Shown: positions 20,172-30,980, numbered from the stretch's first letter. The stretch is DNA of 64,000 bases from Gemmatimonas sp. (GCA_965279375.1 OZ257156.1:1216001-1280000), one strand, 5' to 3'. Translations and numbers: made by a program. The notes: generated by a model from the sequence alone, not told the origin.

Positions 20172-21140
20172 TCAGTCGAGCGAAACACCGATGACGTCCA
20201 GCAGACGCTCGAGGTCGTCGTTCGAGAAGAACGCAATACGCACCTCTCCGCGATCCCGCGCCGTCAAATGAATCTGCACACCAGTCTGCAGCTTCTTCCG
20301 CAGCAGCTCCTCAATACGCCGCACCTCAGCCGTCGACGCAGTCGGCGCCGCCGTTGCCGCGGGCGCCGCGTTTGGCTTGCGGCCAGATGCCGGTGGCTTG
20401 GGGCGACCTGCCTGCACTCGCCGCTCCACCTCCCGCACAGACAACCCCTGCTCCGCCACCTCACGCGCCAGATCGGTAATCGCACGCTCGTTCCCCAACG
20501 GCAGCATCGCACGCGCATGCCCGGCCGATAGCTGCTTCTCCTGCAGCAATCGCCGCACCGATGCCGGCAGCTGCCTGAGCCGCAACGCATTCGCCACGGT
20601 CGACCGATCCTTCCCCACCACGTCCGCCACTTCCTGCTGCGACAGCGCGAACACCTCCATCATCCGGTGATAGCCGTCCGCCTCTTCAATCGGATCGAGG
20701 TCCGATCGCTGCAGGTTCTCGACCATCGCCAACGTCAGGAGCGTCTTGTCGTCTGTCTCCCGAACGACGGCAGGAATCTCCGTCCACCCCAAACGCGTCG
20801 CCGCTCGAAAGCGACGCTCGCCAGCGATCAACTCAAAGCCGCTGCCGTTGGGCGCCGGCCGCACGGTGATCGGCTGCAGCAGTCCGTTCACGCGCAGGCT
20901 CGCCTCGAGATCCGCCAGCTCCTCCGGCCGGAATTCCTGGCGCGGCTGATACGGGTTCGCGCGAATGTCCGAAATCTTCAAAGTGCGCAGCGCGCTCTTC
21001 GGATCTTGTTCGGTAGCGCCACGCTCCACGACAACAACCTCTTCCGCCTTTCCCTCCGCTCGTGCCGGCTCTCGGCGGGCTAGCAAGGCATCGAGGCCAC
21101 GTCCCAATCGGCGCGGCGGATCCTGCGGCGGCGGATTCAT
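20172..21140 (-). CDS. parB: Chromosome partitioning protein ParB
   Basis: LGRGLDAL, NPYQPR, IAGERR, ENLQR, HTH. Confidence 0.96.
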   Translation of the reverse strand: MNPPPQDPPRRLGRGLDALLARREPARAEGKAEEVVVVERGATEQDPKSALRTLKISDIRANPYQPRQEFRPEELADLEASLRVNGLLQPITVRPAPNGSGFELIAGERRFRAATRLGWTEIPAVVRETDDKTLLTLAMVENLQRSDLDPIEEADGYHRMMEVFALSQQEVADVVGKDRSTVANALRLRQLPASVRRLLQEKQLSAGHARAMLPLGNERAITDLAREVAEQGLSVREVERRVQAGRPKPPASGRKPNAAPAATAAPTASTAEVRRIEELLRKKLQTGVQIHLTARDRGEVRIAFFSNDDLERLLDVIGVSLD

Positions 21141-21970
21141 GCGACGTCCGGCGTTGAGGTAGAGGTCGTCGTCGTCGTCGGCAGCGCGAAGCCTTCAGCG
21201 CGCAGACGGTCCTTCTCGAGCAGCTCACGCGCCACAGCCATATAGGCCTGCGCACCCACCGACGCCACATCGTATACCACGATCGGCTTCCCGAAGCTGG
21301 GCGCTTCTGCCAATCGGATGTTCCTCGGCACCACAGTCTGAAACACCCGGTCGCCAAAGTGCTCGCGCGCATCCGTCGCCACCTGGCGCGACAGGTTCAG
21401 GCGCGCGTCGTACATCGTCAGTAACACGCTATCCACGTGCAGCTCCGGATTGAGCGACTCCTGCACCCGCTGCACCGTGGCCAGCAGCTGTGAAATCCCC
21501 TCGAGCGCGAAGTACTCGCACTGCAACGGAATCAGCAGCGCGTCGGCCGCCACCAGCATGTTGAGCGTGATCAGCGTCAGCGAGGGCGGACAGTCGATCA
21601 GGATGTAGTCGTAGCGATCCCGAATAGGCGCGAGGACACGCTGCATGCGGAAGACGCGCTCCGGGTCGTCCACCAGCTCTACTTCGGCGCCCGCCAAATC
21701 TGGCGTCGCCGGCAGGATGTCGAGGTGGCGGAAGTGCACGCCCCGTACGATGGCGTCGTCGATCGTCGCATCGCCGATAAGCACATCGTAGGTCGTCGCC
21801 TTGAAGCCGTCGCGCGAGAGACCCGACCCGCTCGTCGCATTACCCTGCGGATCGGCGTCGATGAGGAGGACGCGCTTTTCAGCGACGGCGAGAGAGGCCG
21901 CGAGGTTCACGGCGGTGGTCGTCTTGCCGACTCCACCCTTCTGATTGGCGATTGCGAGAATGCGACCCAC
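21137..21970 (-). CDS. parA: Chromosome partitioning ATPase ParA/Soj
   Basis: NQKGGVGKTT, DPQGN, DCPPSL, QCEYFALEG; GTG start. Confidence 0.96.
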   Translation of the reverse strand: MGRILAIANQKGGVGKTTTAVNLAASLAVAEKRVLLIDADPQGNATSGSGLSRDGFKATTYDVLIGDATIDDAIVRGVHFRHLDILPATPDLAGAEVELVDDPERVFRMQRVLAPIRDRYDYILIDCPPSLTLITLNMLVAADALLIPLQCEYFALEGISQLLATVQRVQESLNPELHVDSVLLTMYDARLNLSRQVATDAREHFGDRVFQTVVPRNIRLAEAPSFGKPIVVYDVASVGAQAYMAVARELLEKDRLRAEGFALPTTTTTSTSTPDVA

Positions 21971-22115
21971 GGAGACACTGGGGCGATGAGGGAGAGTGCC
22001 GGCAGCGAGGCGATCGCGAAGGACCGCCGTTCGGGCCGTGGTGCGGGGAGGTGTAGTATAGGAGCGCCGACTGACTCCGACCATCACCAAAAGCATGCAT
22101 TTCGGGCGATGTGGA

Positions 22116-22131
22116 CGTTTCACGTGGAACA
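22116..22131. promoter_or_regulatory. parS site
   Basis: CGTTTCACGTGGAACA, close to consensus TGTTTCACGTGAAACA, directly upstream of parA. Confidence 0.85.
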
Positions 22132-22180
22132 GTGTGGGAAACGCACAATCGTGAGTGGCTCAGAATGGCGCCGCGAGGCG

Positions 22181-22216
22181 AAAACGCCGTCCCCGCGGCT
22201 GCGAGGACGGCGTTTT
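22181..22216. terminator. Intrinsic terminator-like hairpin (possibly bidirectional)
   Basis: AAAACGCCGTCC ... GGACGGCGTTTT perfect 12-bp arms downstream of the SIMPL gene. Confidence 0.65.
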
Positions 22217-22263
22217 GTGTGGGTCTATGCTTCTTTCCGCAGGCTCCGGTGTCACGCGGGTGG

Positions 22264-22279
22264 TGTTGCACATGAAACA
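22264..22279. promoter_or_regulatory. Second parS-like site
   Basis: TGTTGCACATGAAACA, 2 mismatches to the parS consensus. Confidence 0.55.
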
Positions 22280-22380
22280 CCATCTCCAGGAGCTTCTCTT
22301 CGCGCTGCCCTGCCGCTCCCGCTCCTACGGCACCGATCGATCCAATCCAACCTGTCCGCTGCTCCTCGTTTCCCTGTGTC

Positions 22381-23133
22381 CTAGCGGTTGAACTTCCAGC
22401 GCGTCGAGACGGTGACGGACACGGTAGACAGTCCTTCGGACAGCGGCGTCGGCGCGGCATCGGCGACTTCGCGCTTGGCCATCATCGCCATCATCGGGCG
22501 CGGCTCCGGGCGCTCGAACTCGCTGACGTTGAGCTCGAGGAGATCGCCGAGTGCGCCACCCGCGGCCTTGGCGGCCACTTCAGCTTGGCGACGTGCGGAT
22601 TCGACGGCCTTGGTCAGCGCGGCGTCGCGCGCCTTGGACGGATCCTTGACGATGAAGTCGAGCGAGTTCACCTGGTTGGCGCCGTTGGCGAGAGCGGCGT
22701 CGATGATGGGTCCGGCCTGCTCGAGCTTGTCGCTCTCGACCTGTACGACGTTGCTGACGGTGTAGCCGTCGATCACGACGCGCTGGAGCTTGGCGTCGTA
22801 GCGTTGGTTGGGGGCGACGCTGTAGTTGAGGGTGGTGATCTGTGTTGCGGCCACGCCCAGCGCGCGGATGGCGTTCAGAATGGCGGTCTGCTTCTTGTTG
22901 TTTTCCTGCGCCGCGAGTGCGGCCGTCTTGGACTGCGTCTGAACGCCTAGCTGTACGCGGGCACGGTCGGGCGCAACCTGCTCTTCGCCACGCGCGGAAA
23001 CGGTGATCTGTGGAGCAGCTACTGGCGTCATCTGGGCGTGGGCGGTGGTGGCGATGGTGACGGTGCTGGCGAGCGCGAATGCTCCCGCGACGGCGAGACG
23101 CATGATCTGACGGTTTGTATATGAACGGTTCAT
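22381..23133 (-). CDS. SIMPL (DUF541) domain periplasmic protein
   Basis: GGAGG RBS, signal peptide, ITVSARGE..VAPDRA, GANQVN, ARRQAE..A.AAG. Confidence 0.88.
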   Translation of the reverse strand: MNRSYTNRQIMRLAVAGAFALASTVTIATTAHAQMTPVAAPQITVSARGEEQVAPDRARVQLGVQTQSKTAALAAQENNKKQTAILNAIRALGVAATQITTLNYSVAPNQRYDAKLQRVVIDGYTVSNVVQVESDKLEQAGPIIDAALANGANQVNSLDFIVKDPSKARDAALTKAVESARRQAEVAAKAAGGALGDLLELNVSEFERPEPRPMMAMMAKREVADAAPTPLSEGLSTVSVTVSTRWKFNR

Positions 23134-23647
23134 AACCCCTCCGATTTGTTCGTGGTGACTCGTGGAATCCGCAACTCTGCTGCTTCTACATAGATGCGGA
23201 ATGCGTACGACGTGACTTGCGCCGGCGAGCCACTGCCCGCGGCGACTCCGGCGAAGGCAGTTCGTACAGGAGACGTCGCACGTCGACAAACTTGCACATC
23301 GGGTATCGCTGTGTGTGTCGCTCCCTCACTACGCCATTGGGCAGGTGTTGTGCCGAAGCGCCGTGTCTGCGCACTGCAGCGTGTCCGGAGATAGCCGCCG
23401 AGTTCGCCGAGGCTGTCCGCTGAGCCAGGCGGTACGGTTCCGCCGAGCGGGTATGGGATCGGTTAATTAAACTCACTATCGCGCCACTAAGACGACACCA
23501 TAAGATCTTAGTGTAGCATGATGTGCATTCTGTACGTCAACGGCGAACCCGGCTGAACAGCGTCCATCGTCGCGATCTCGTCGTTGGCCCGACGGGATTT
23601 CGTATCTGCGCGCCCAACGCGGGCGATCACCGGACGGCTACGGACGG

Positions 23648-25609
23648 CTACTGCCGGTCCGCGTGTTCAGCGGCTCCGCGGCGCCGACGCTCCAGCTCGA
23701 TTACCAGGTTCTGTAGATCGGCAGGCGTGACGCCGGGTATCTGTGAGGCCTGGGCCAGCGTCAGCGGGCGGGCCGCGCTCAGCTTGTGCCGAGCTTCCGT
23801 GGAGAGCGAGAGCATGACCGCGTAGTCGAGATCGGGCGCGAGTGACATGGCGCCCTTCGCGCGCAGTCGATCGGCGCGCGTGCGTTCGCGCTTGAGATAG
23901 TCGCCGTACTTGATCTCGAGTTCTGCGCCAACGACTGCGTCGGGCGACAACTCCGCGCCAACACCGGTCGCATCGAACAGCGATTGCAGCGACACACCGG
24001 TGCGCTTGGCCAACTCGACTGCGCGAACTGCGTGTGCGAGTGGCGGCGATTGCAGCGCGTCGAGAATCGGTGCGGCGTGCGCGGGCGTCACACTCGTTTC
24101 CGCTGCGAGTGCGTGCGCGGTGCGAACGGCGGCGAGTCGCGCGTCGACGATGTCGCGCTCCTCCATCGTATGAAGTCCGGCGTCGTCGGCAATCTGATGC
24201 AGGCGCGCGAGCGCGTTGTCCTGTCGAACAGTCAAACGGAACTCACTGCGCGACGTGAAGAGTCGATATGGTTCATCGACGCCGCGCATGACGAGATCAT
24301 CGACGAGCACGCCGATGTAGCTCGTCTCGCGTCCCAGTACGATTGGCTCGCGCTCCTGTGTCCAACGTGCCGCGTTGAGTCCTGCAATCACGCCCTGCCC
24401 TGCCGCTTCTTCATAGCCCGTCGTGCCATTCACCTGCCCGGCGAACCAGAGTCCATGCAGCGCGCGTGATTGCAGCGTGATGTCGAGCTGAGTAGGCGGA
24501 TAGTAGTCGTACTCGATCGCATAACCGGCGCGCGTCATGCGCACGTCTTCGAGTCCCTTCACCGTGCGCATCACGTCGAGCTGCACGGGTGCAGGCAACG
24601 ACGTGGAGAGTCCGTTGACGTACAACTCGTGCGTGTCGTGTCCTTCGGGCTCGAGATACAACTGATGGCGTTCGGCGTCGGGGAACTTCACCACCTTGTC
24701 TTCGACGCTTGGGCAATAGCGCGGGCCGCGCGACGCGATGGCACCGCCGTACATTGCCGACTCCGCGATGTGATCGCTGATGAGCTGTTTGCCGGCCTGT
24801 TCGAGATGCGTGATCCAGCAGAGCATCTGCGCGGGATGTCGCGTGCGATCGCCAACGCGTCGCGGACTAGTCCAGAAGTGCGACCAGTCGTAGTTGAACG
24901 TTTCGATCTCGCTGTGCTGCTCTTCGAGCGTATCGAATGCGACGCTGCGACCATCGATGCGCGGTGGCGTACCGGTCTTGAAGCGCGCCGTGGTGAGTCC
25001 CACCGCGTCGAGCTGTTCGCCCAGGTGCACTGACGCGGCCTCGCCCGCGCGTCCGCCGCTGATCGCCGTGTCGGTGCCGATGTGCAGTTTGCCGCGCCCG
25101 AACGTTCCGGTGGTGAGCACGACCGCGCGTGCGCCGAATCGGCGCCCTTCGAGCGTTTCGACGCCGTGCACGGATTGGCCGTCTGGCGATAGGAGCAGCC
25201 GTGCGACCATCCCCTGAATTGTCGTCAGGTTGGGCTGCGCCTCGAGCAGCGTGCGCACCGCGCGTCGATACAGACCGCGATCGCATTGTGCGCGCGGTGC
25301 CCAGACGGCGGGGCCTTTGCCGCGATTGAGCATGCGGAACTGAACAGAGGCCAGATCGGTGGCGCGTGCGATGATGCCGCCCAGGGCGTCGACTTCGCGG
25401 ACGACGGTGCCCTTGGCGATGCCGCCGATGGCCGGATTGCAGGAGAGCTGGCCGATCTGCTCGAGGGCGCCGGTGACGAGGGCGACCTGTGCGCCGGAGC
25501 GGGCGGCGGCGACGGCGGCTTCGGTGCCGGCGTGTCCGCCGCCGATGACGATGACGTCGAAGGTGGCTTCGACGGCGGCGCTGGCGGGGTGCGAGAGGCG
25601 GTCGCTCAT
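23648..25609 (-). CDS. mnmG: tRNA uridine 5-carboxymethylaminomethyl modification enzyme
   Basis: GGGHAGTEAA, SCNPAIGG, KTGTPPR, GPRYCPS, AGQVNGTTGYEEA. Confidence 0.97.
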   Translation of the reverse strand: MSDRLSHPASAAVEATFDVIVIGGGHAGTEAAVAAARSGAQVALVTGALEQIGQLSCNPAIGGIAKGTVVREVDALGGIIARATDLASVQFRMLNRGKGPAVWAPRAQCDRGLYRRAVRTLLEAQPNLTTIQGMVARLLLSPDGQSVHGVETLEGRRFGARAVVLTTGTFGRGKLHIGTDTAISGGRAGEAASVHLGEQLDAVGLTTARFKTGTPPRIDGRSVAFDTLEEQHSEIETFNYDWSHFWTSPRRVGDRTRHPAQMLCWITHLEQAGKQLISDHIAESAMYGGAIASRGPRYCPSVEDKVVKFPDAERHQLYLEPEGHDTHELYVNGLSTSLPAPVQLDVMRTVKGLEDVRMTRAGYAIEYDYYPPTQLDITLQSRALHGLWFAGQVNGTTGYEEAAGQGVIAGLNAARWTQEREPIVLGRETSYIGVLVDDLVMRGVDEPYRLFTSRSEFRLTVRQDNALARLHQIADDAGLHTMEERDIVDARLAAVRTAHALAAETSVTPAHAAPILDALQSPPLAHAVRAVELAKRTGVSLQSLFDATGVGAELSPDAVVGAELEIKYGDYLKRERTRADRLRAKGAMSLAPDLDYAVMLSLSTEARHKLSAARPLTLAQASQIPGVTPADLQNLVIELERRRRGAAEHADRQ

Positions 25610-25732
25610 ACCATACTCATACCGTGATCGTACTCGTGCTCATGGACTCGAAGCTAACCGAGGGCCGCGCGTTGGTACCACGCGCGCTGAGCGGCGTCTA
25701 TGCTTCCCGGTGACCTTTCACCAACGCCCAAC

Positions 25733-26029
25733 ATGCCGACGACGCTTTCGCACACCGCGCCCACGCTGTTCATCCGGAAGTCCGCGTTCGAGCGGGCGAA
25801 TCTGTCGCGCCAGGCATTCGACGAGCTGTTGGGGCTGACGCCCGACGAGTTCGTGGTGGATGGCGGACTCGTCGTGATCGGTCCGCTCGTCGGGGAGTCG
25901 GCGTTGACGGAGCTCATCGACCTGCTCGAGGGGGCGGGGCTCGTCTACTTCGACGACTTTTTCGAGCTGAGCGGCAATTGGCCGGAGTGGCTGCGTTTGG
26001 TGGCGATGAGCGGCGGCCGCGAGGGGTAG
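25733..26029 (+). CDS. Small acidic hypothetical protein
   Basis: Host-like codon use; GLVYFDDFFELSGNWPEW. Confidence 0.65.
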   Translation: MPTTLSHTAPTLFIRKSAFERANLSRQAFDELLGLTPDEFVVDGGLVVIGPLVGESALTELIDLLEGAGLVYFDDFFELSGNWPEWLRLVAMSGGREG

Positions 26030-26325
26030 AAGCGGGCGGGTTCGCTGCGCCGGAGGACGCCTTCCCAGCCGCAGCCGAGGCACCAGCTGCGGCGGAAGCG
26101 CGGTCCGAGGATTTTCCACCAGCCATCGCGGGCGATCGGGAGCGTGACCGAGTCGCAGATGGGGCAGCAATCGCCGTCGGGGATCATGGCGATGAACATC
26201 TTGGTCGCCATCCATATAGTGGCGAATCGGATCGCGACGAAGACGCCGGCGAAGAGCAGGGCGTCGGTCCATGTCCAGCTTCCGGCGATGGTCTTGCCGA
26301 CGATCGCGGTGATGTCTGGAGTCAT
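25945..26325 (-). CDS. Hypothetical membrane protein with Zn-ribbon-like CxxC pairs
   Basis: TM segment, CPIC...CLGCGWEG; follows the NfeD-like gene; 3' end overlaps a convergent ORF. Confidence 0.55.
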   Translation of the reverse strand: MTPDITAIVGKTIAGSWTWTDALLFAGVFVAIRFATIWMATKMFIAMIPDGDCCPICDSVTLPIARDGWWKILGPRFRRSWCLGCGWEGVLRRSEPARFYPSRPPLIATKRSHSGQLPLSSKKSSK

Positions 26326-26353
26326 GGGGTACGTCGGCGTGTGTGTCGCTGGG

Positions 26354-26917
26354 CTACAGGCGCGCTTCGACGCGCGACCACAGTTCCACGTACGCGACGC
26401 CCGCTTCGACGCGATCGATGCAGACGTCGGCAGCGTCCCCGATGGCGGAATCGTCGAGGGAGCGCGCGGGGAGCGGATACGTCTGTCCGTCGAGCAGATA
26501 CTGGATGGTGCCCGTGCCGTTGGCCGGGATGTCGCTCGTCGTGCGTCCGATGGTGCCTTGCAGCAGGTAGCGCTCATCGACGTGTTCGGCGCGTGCACTG
26601 GGAATGGCCCAGCGTGCGATCAGCACTACCTGCAATGCCATGGCACCACCGCCGGCGAGCGTCGCGATTACGATCTGTGCAGCGATCGGAAGTTCGGTGT
26701 GGCGCGTGACGAGATACGCGGTGAGTCCGAAGGCGAAGCTGAAGGCCGCGAGCGACGCGAGGTTAAAGAACGGCGACGGTTCCGCGGCGGGGTTGTGCTC
26801 GTTGCGACGTTCGTGCGGGGCGACCGCCGTGGCGACCTGACGCTCGGTGCCATAGAGCATGGCGAACACGCCGAGTACGAGTCCGGTCGTGAGGAGGACG
26901 AGCGAGAGGGGGAGCAC
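26354..26917 (-). CDS. NfeD-like membrane protein
   Basis: Three TM helices plus C-terminal OB-like segment (IPANGTGTIQY...V.IDRVE.GVAYVE). Confidence 0.7.
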   Translation of the reverse strand: MLPLSLVLLTTGLVLGVFAMLYGTERQVATAVAPHERRNEHNPAAEPSPFFNLASLAAFSFAFGLTAYLVTRHTELPIAAQIVIATLAGGGAMALQVVLIARWAIPSARAEHVDERYLLQGTIGRTTSDIPANGTGTIQYLLDGQTYPLPARSLDDSAIGDAADVCIDRVEAGVAYVELWSRVEARL

Positions 26918-27142
26918 GGGGAGAGGCAGGCCGAGTGGTTAGTGGAGAAGGAATACGATGCGATGCGGTCGATGTACGACTGGACCGTGTCGCCGGACCC
27001 TATCAACAGATGCGCGACCTGAATGGTTCGACCACGGGTCGGGGTGGTTCGAATCGCGCGTCGGCGACTGCGGCGCTGTTGGATCGTAGTGTCCGAACCG
27101 GCGTGGTGCCATGGACCGGGCGATCCGAGCGCGGGCGGCGTC

Positions 27143-28153
27143 TCAGCGTGCGGTGAGCTGCCGGGCGGCGAAGTGCTGGGCGAGGAACTCTGCCGCGCGC
27201 CATTCGCCGTAGTACCACGGGTTCCAGGGCCAGCGGCCGGCGGTGAAGCCGACGTGTCCGCCGCGGTCGGGGAACTCGAGTGTGAGGGCGGGATTGTCGG
27301 CGGCGATGTGGCGGACGTCGTCGAGGACCGCTGGGGGGAGGAACGGGTCGTCTACCGCACTCAATAGAAGGGTCGGGAGCCGGATGCCGTGCAGGAACGA
27401 GAGGGCGCTTGCTCTGGCGTAGTAGTCGGCGGCGTCGGCGAAGCCGTGGAGTGGGGCGGTGAACTGGTCGTCGAACTCCCAAAGGGTGCGGGCGTTGGAG
27501 ACCGCTCTGAGCGGCGCGAGCTCCGGGTGGCGGTCGATCTTGCTGAGTGCTTTGGGGATGAGGGAGCGCAGGAACGACCATTCGTAGATGGCGCCAAAGC
27601 CTTGTCCGATTTTGCGGGAGGCGCGCGCGAGGTCGAAGGGGACGGACATTGCGACCGCGCCGGCCACCTGCGCTGGCAGGGTGTCCTGGCTCTCTCCCAG
27701 CAGTTTGCAGAGGACGTTCCCGCCGAGCGATACGCCCATGAGCCCAAGTGGTGCGTTGGGGAACTGGGAGATCAGGTGGCGGATGACGTGGGCCGCGTCG
27801 GTGGTTTCGCCGGAGTGGTAGGAGCGTGGGAGGCGGTTGGGGGTGGGTCCGCAGGTGCGGAAGAGGAGCAGGTCGGCGCCCCAGCCTCGATGTTGGGCTT
27901 CGCGGAAGGTGGCGCGGACGTAGTGCGAGTGCAGTCCGCCTTCGAGTCCGTGGAGGAGGAGGAGTCGAGGGGCGTCGGGGGGTATGGGGATCGCGGGGGT
28001 CAGCCGTGCAAGCTGGACGAAGTCGCCGTCGGGGGTGTCGAGGCGATGGAGCTGCACTGGCGGGGTTGGTTCGCGCCGGCCGACGCGCCCCCAGAGCGTC
28101 GCGGTGTGCGGGTCGGGGAGCCACCACGCGGGGCGATAGGATTTCGTGTGCAT
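27143..28153 (-). CDS. YheT-like alpha/beta hydrolase
   Basis: PDGDF, HGLEG, YHSGET, GVSLGG, DDPF, GGHVGF. Confidence 0.9.
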   Translation of the reverse strand: MHTKSYRPAWWLPDPHTATLWGRVGRREPTPPVQLHRLDTPDGDFVQLARLTPAIPIPPDAPRLLLLHGLEGGLHSHYVRATFREAQHRGWGADLLLFRTCGPTPNRLPRSYHSGETTDAAHVIRHLISQFPNAPLGLMGVSLGGNVLCKLLGESQDTLPAQVAGAVAMSVPFDLARASRKIGQGFGAIYEWSFLRSLIPKALSKIDRHPELAPLRAVSNARTLWEFDDQFTAPLHGFADAADYYARASALSFLHGIRLPTLLLSAVDDPFLPPAVLDDVRHIAADNPALTLEFPDRGGHVGFTAGRWPWNPWYYGEWRAAEFLAQHFAARQLTAR

Positions 28154-28273
28154 CGCGAAGGAGGATACAGGCATAGATTGGCGCGTGGCTATAGCATGAG
28201 CTCTGGTGAAGCTTATGCGCGCGCCGATGCGCCTGACGTTGCGCCTTTTCTCTCCTGACCCGTACCCCTCGCC

Positions 28274-29536
28274 ATGCTGCAGCGTCTCGCCCGAAACCTG
28301 ACCGTGCAGGTGTTGTTTGCCGTGACCTGTGGCGTGTTGCTTGGCGTATTCAATCCGGCGTTCGCGAAGCAGCTCAAGCCGATCGGCGACACGTTCGTGA
28401 ATCTCGTGAAGATGGTGATCACGCCCATCATTTTTCTCACGATCGTTCACGGCATCGCGTCGATGGCTGATCTGAGTCGGCTGGGGCGTGTGGGCGGGAA
28501 GGCGCTGCTCTATTTCGAGATCGTGTCCACGTTCGCGTTGGCGATCGGCTTGTTTGTGGTGAATCTGACCAAGCCGGGTGCCGGGCTCGATGCGTCGGCG
28601 TTGCCAACGGGCGACATCTCGAAGTACACCGCACCTGGCGCGCAGCAGAGCACGCTGGAGTTCTTGCTGCATATCGTGCCGAGCAATGTGGTGGGGGCGT
28701 TTGCGTCCGGTGACTTGTTGCCGGTTGTGTTTTTCTCGGTGTTGTTTGGTGTCGCGTTGACTGCCGTTGGTGAATCGGGTCGTGACATTGCCGATCTGCT
28801 GGTGCGGTTGCAGGCCGTGTTTTTCAAGATCGTGGCGATCGTGATGAAGGTGGCGCCGATCGGTGCGTTTGGAGCGATGGCGTATACCATCGGGACGTTC
28901 GGGCTCAAGACGCTGTTGCCGTTGGGGCGGTTGATGCTCGACGTGTATCTGACGATGGCGGTGTTCATCTTCATCGTGCTTGGCACCATTTGCCGATTGT
29001 ACGGATTCCGGCTGCTGAAATTCCTGCGGTACATCCGCGAGGAGATTTTGCTGGTGCTGGGGACGTCGTCGTCGGAGGCGGCGTTGCCGCGCATGCTCGA
29101 AAAGCTCGAGCGATATGGTTGTGCGAAGCCCGTGGTCGGGTTGGTGATTCCCACCGGCTATTCGTTCAACCTCGATGGCACGAGCATCTATTTGTCGATG
29201 GCGGCGATTTTCATTGCGCAGGTCTATCGCGTGGACCTGACGATGACGCAGCAGCTGACGTTGTTGGGCATTCTGATGCTGACCTCCAAGGGAGCTGCTG
29301 GTGTGACCGGCTCTGGCTTCATCGTGTTGGCGAGCACGTTGGCGGCGACGAACACCGTGCCGGTGGAGGGTGTCGCGCTATTGCTCGGCGTGGACCGGTT
29401 CATGTCGGAGGCGCGCGCGATCACCAACCTGATCGGCAACGGGGTGGCGACGTTGGTGGTGTCGCGGAGCGAGGGCGCGTTCGACGATGAGAAGCGTGCG
29501 ATTGCGGAGCTGACGCCGGACGCGGTGGGGGTGTAG
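28274..29536 (+). CDS. dctA: C4-dicarboxylate:H+ symporter
   Basis: [32 protein letters not shown]. Confidence 0.95.
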   Translation: MLQRLARNLTVQVLFAVTCGVLLGVFNPAFAKQLKPIGDTFVNLVKMVITPIIFLTIVHGIASMADLSRLGRVGGKALLYFEIVSTFALAIGLFVVNLTKPGAGLDASALPTGDISKYTAPGAQQSTLEFLLHIVPSNVVGAFASGDLLPVVFFSVLFGVALTAVGESGRDIADLLVRLQAVFFKIVAIVMKVAPIGAFGAMAYTIGTFGLKTLLPLGRLMLDVYLTMAVFIFIVLGTICRLYGFRLLKFLRYIREEILLVLGTSSSEAALPRMLEKLERYGCAKPVVGLVIPTGYSFNLDGTSIYLSMAAIFIAQVYRVDLTMTQQLTLLGILMLTSKGAAGVTGSGFIVLASTLAATNTVPVEGVALLLGVDRFMSEARAITNLIGNGVATLVVSRSEGAFDDEKRAIAELTPDAVGV

Positions 29537-29537
29537 G

Positions 29538-29897
29538 GTGCCGCCGGCTGATGTGCAGGTGCAGGTGTTTGGCACCAAGAAGAACGCGGACACGCGGAAG
29601 GCGCTGCGTTTCTTTGCCGAGCGTCGCGTAAAAACGCATTTCGTGGATCTGGCGGAGCGTGCGGCGTCGTTGGGGGAGTTGCGTCGATTCTCGCAGAAGT
29701 TCGGGATCGAGGCGGTGTTGGACCGTGATTCGAAGCGGTTCAGCGAGCTGGGGTTGCGGCCGGCGCTGTATGGCGAGGAGAAGTGGCTTTCAATTTTGGC
29801 GGACGAGCCATTGTTGTTGCGTCAGCCGTTGGTGCGGTTGCAGCACAAGGTATCGATCGGCCTGCAGGAGACGTTGTGGAAGGAGTGGTTGGGGTAG
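29538..29897 (+). CDS. ArsC/Spx-like family protein
   Basis: VQVFGTKK..TRKALRFF, PLLLRQPLV; lacks the catalytic Cys. Confidence 0.75.
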   Translation: MPPADVQVQVFGTKKNADTRKALRFFAERRVKTHFVDLAERAASLGELRRFSQKFGIEAVLDRDSKRFSELGLRPALYGEEKWLSILADEPLLLRQPLVRLQHKVSIGLQETLWKEWLG

Positions 29898-29996
29898 CGA
29901 CGTGCTTGTGTTGGCGAATTGGTTGGCGTCGCGAATTGATGTTGGCGGCGATGGAATGGTGGTTGGGATCGCCGGCGGGTGTGTGAGTGTGGTGGG

Positions 29997-30980
29997 ATGT
30001 CCTCGTCGAATGATTCTCGCCCCACGTTGTTGCAGACGTTGCGCGATCGGGCGTCGGTGCGACGCTACAGTCCGCGGACCGTTACTGCGTACGAGCGGTG
30101 GGTGGTCGCGTACGTGCGGTTCCACGGTCGTCGGCATCCGCGAGAGTTGGGCGGGCCGGCCGTGCGCGATTTTCTGACGCATCTGGTAACGGTCAAGCGC
30201 GTCGCTGCTTCGACGCAGAACCAGGCGTTGGCTGCGCTCAACTTCTTGTACCGTGACGTGTTGGGCGAGCCGTTGGCGCCGCTGGATGGTGTCGCGCCGG
30301 CGAAGCGACCGCATCATCTCCCCAACGTGTTGTCGCGGAGCGATGTGCAGCGCACGTTGGGGCAGATGCACGGGGCACCGCGACTGATGGCGCTCTTGAT
30401 GTATGGTGCCGGTCTGCGCGTGATGGAATGTTGTTCGTTGCGGATCAAGGATATCGATCTTGAGCGGGGCGAGATCATGGTGCGTCGCGGGAAGGGGAAC
30501 CGCGATCGTGTGACCATGTTGCCGGCGCAGACGCGGGACGAAATCCTGGCGCAGATACGCGTGGTGCGTGCGTTGCACGATCGTCGGGTGGCGCGGGGCG
30601 GCGGCTACATCGTGTTGCCGGGTGCGTTCGACCGGAAGGATCCAACGGCGGCGCAGCGTTGGATCTGGATGTGGTTGTTTCCGGCGAGCCGAGAACATTG
30701 GGATGCCGAGCGTGGTCAGCATCGTTCGCACCATGTGCATCCGACCGTGGTGCAGCGGGCGGTGAGCGACGCGGGTCGTCGTGCGGGTCTGACGCAGCGC
30801 GTGAGCTGTCATACGCTGCGGCATTCGTTCGCGACGCATCTGTTGGCGTCGGGGTACGACATCCGGACCATCCAGGAATTGCTGGGCCACCGGGACGTGT
30901 CGACGACGATGTTGTACACGCACGTGTTGAACCGAGGCGGCCTAGGCGTCCGGAGCCCACTCGACGTCGACGTGCGATAG
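29997..30980 (+). CDS. intI: Integron integrase
   Basis: Tyrosine recombinase motifs YGAGLR, GKG, HTLRHSFATH, LLGH, TMLYTH; IntI-specific insertion (VLPGAFDRKDP..W.W.WLFPA); ASTQNQAL. Confidence 0.96.
   Translation: MSSSNDSRPTLLQTLRDRASVRRYSPRTVTAYERWVVAYVRFHGRRHPRELGGPAVRDFLTHLVTVKRVAASTQNQALAALNFLYRDVLGEPLAPLDGVAPAKRPHHLPNVLSRSDVQRTLGQMHGAPRLMALLMYGAGLRVMECCSLRIKDIDLERGEIMVRRGKGNRDRVTMLPAQTRDEILAQIRVVRALHDRRVARGGGYIVLPGAFDRKDPTAAQRWIWMWLFPASREHWDAERGQHRSHHVHPTVVQRAVSDAGRRAGLTQRVSCHTLRHSFATHLLASGYDIRTIQELLGHRDVSTTMLYTHVLNRGGLGVRSPLDVDVR

Noticed and set aside
23134..23647. AT-rich patch with palindromes (TTAATTAA, TAAGATCTTA) near mnmG as oriC or ncRNA
   Set aside because: No DnaA-box cluster or recognisable RNA motif seen; more likely the SIMPL promoter region
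3939..28258. Many long antisense or alternate-frame ORFs (e.g. 3939-5048, 9770-10993, 16102-18000, 27023-28258 region)
   Set aside because: Shadow ORFs of well-supported genes in high-GC DNA, with no motifs
29898..29996. LexA/SOS box upstream of intI
   Set aside because: No CTGT-N8-ACAG or GAAC-N4-GTTC seen; the short GTTGGCG/GCGAATTG repeats cannot be assigned
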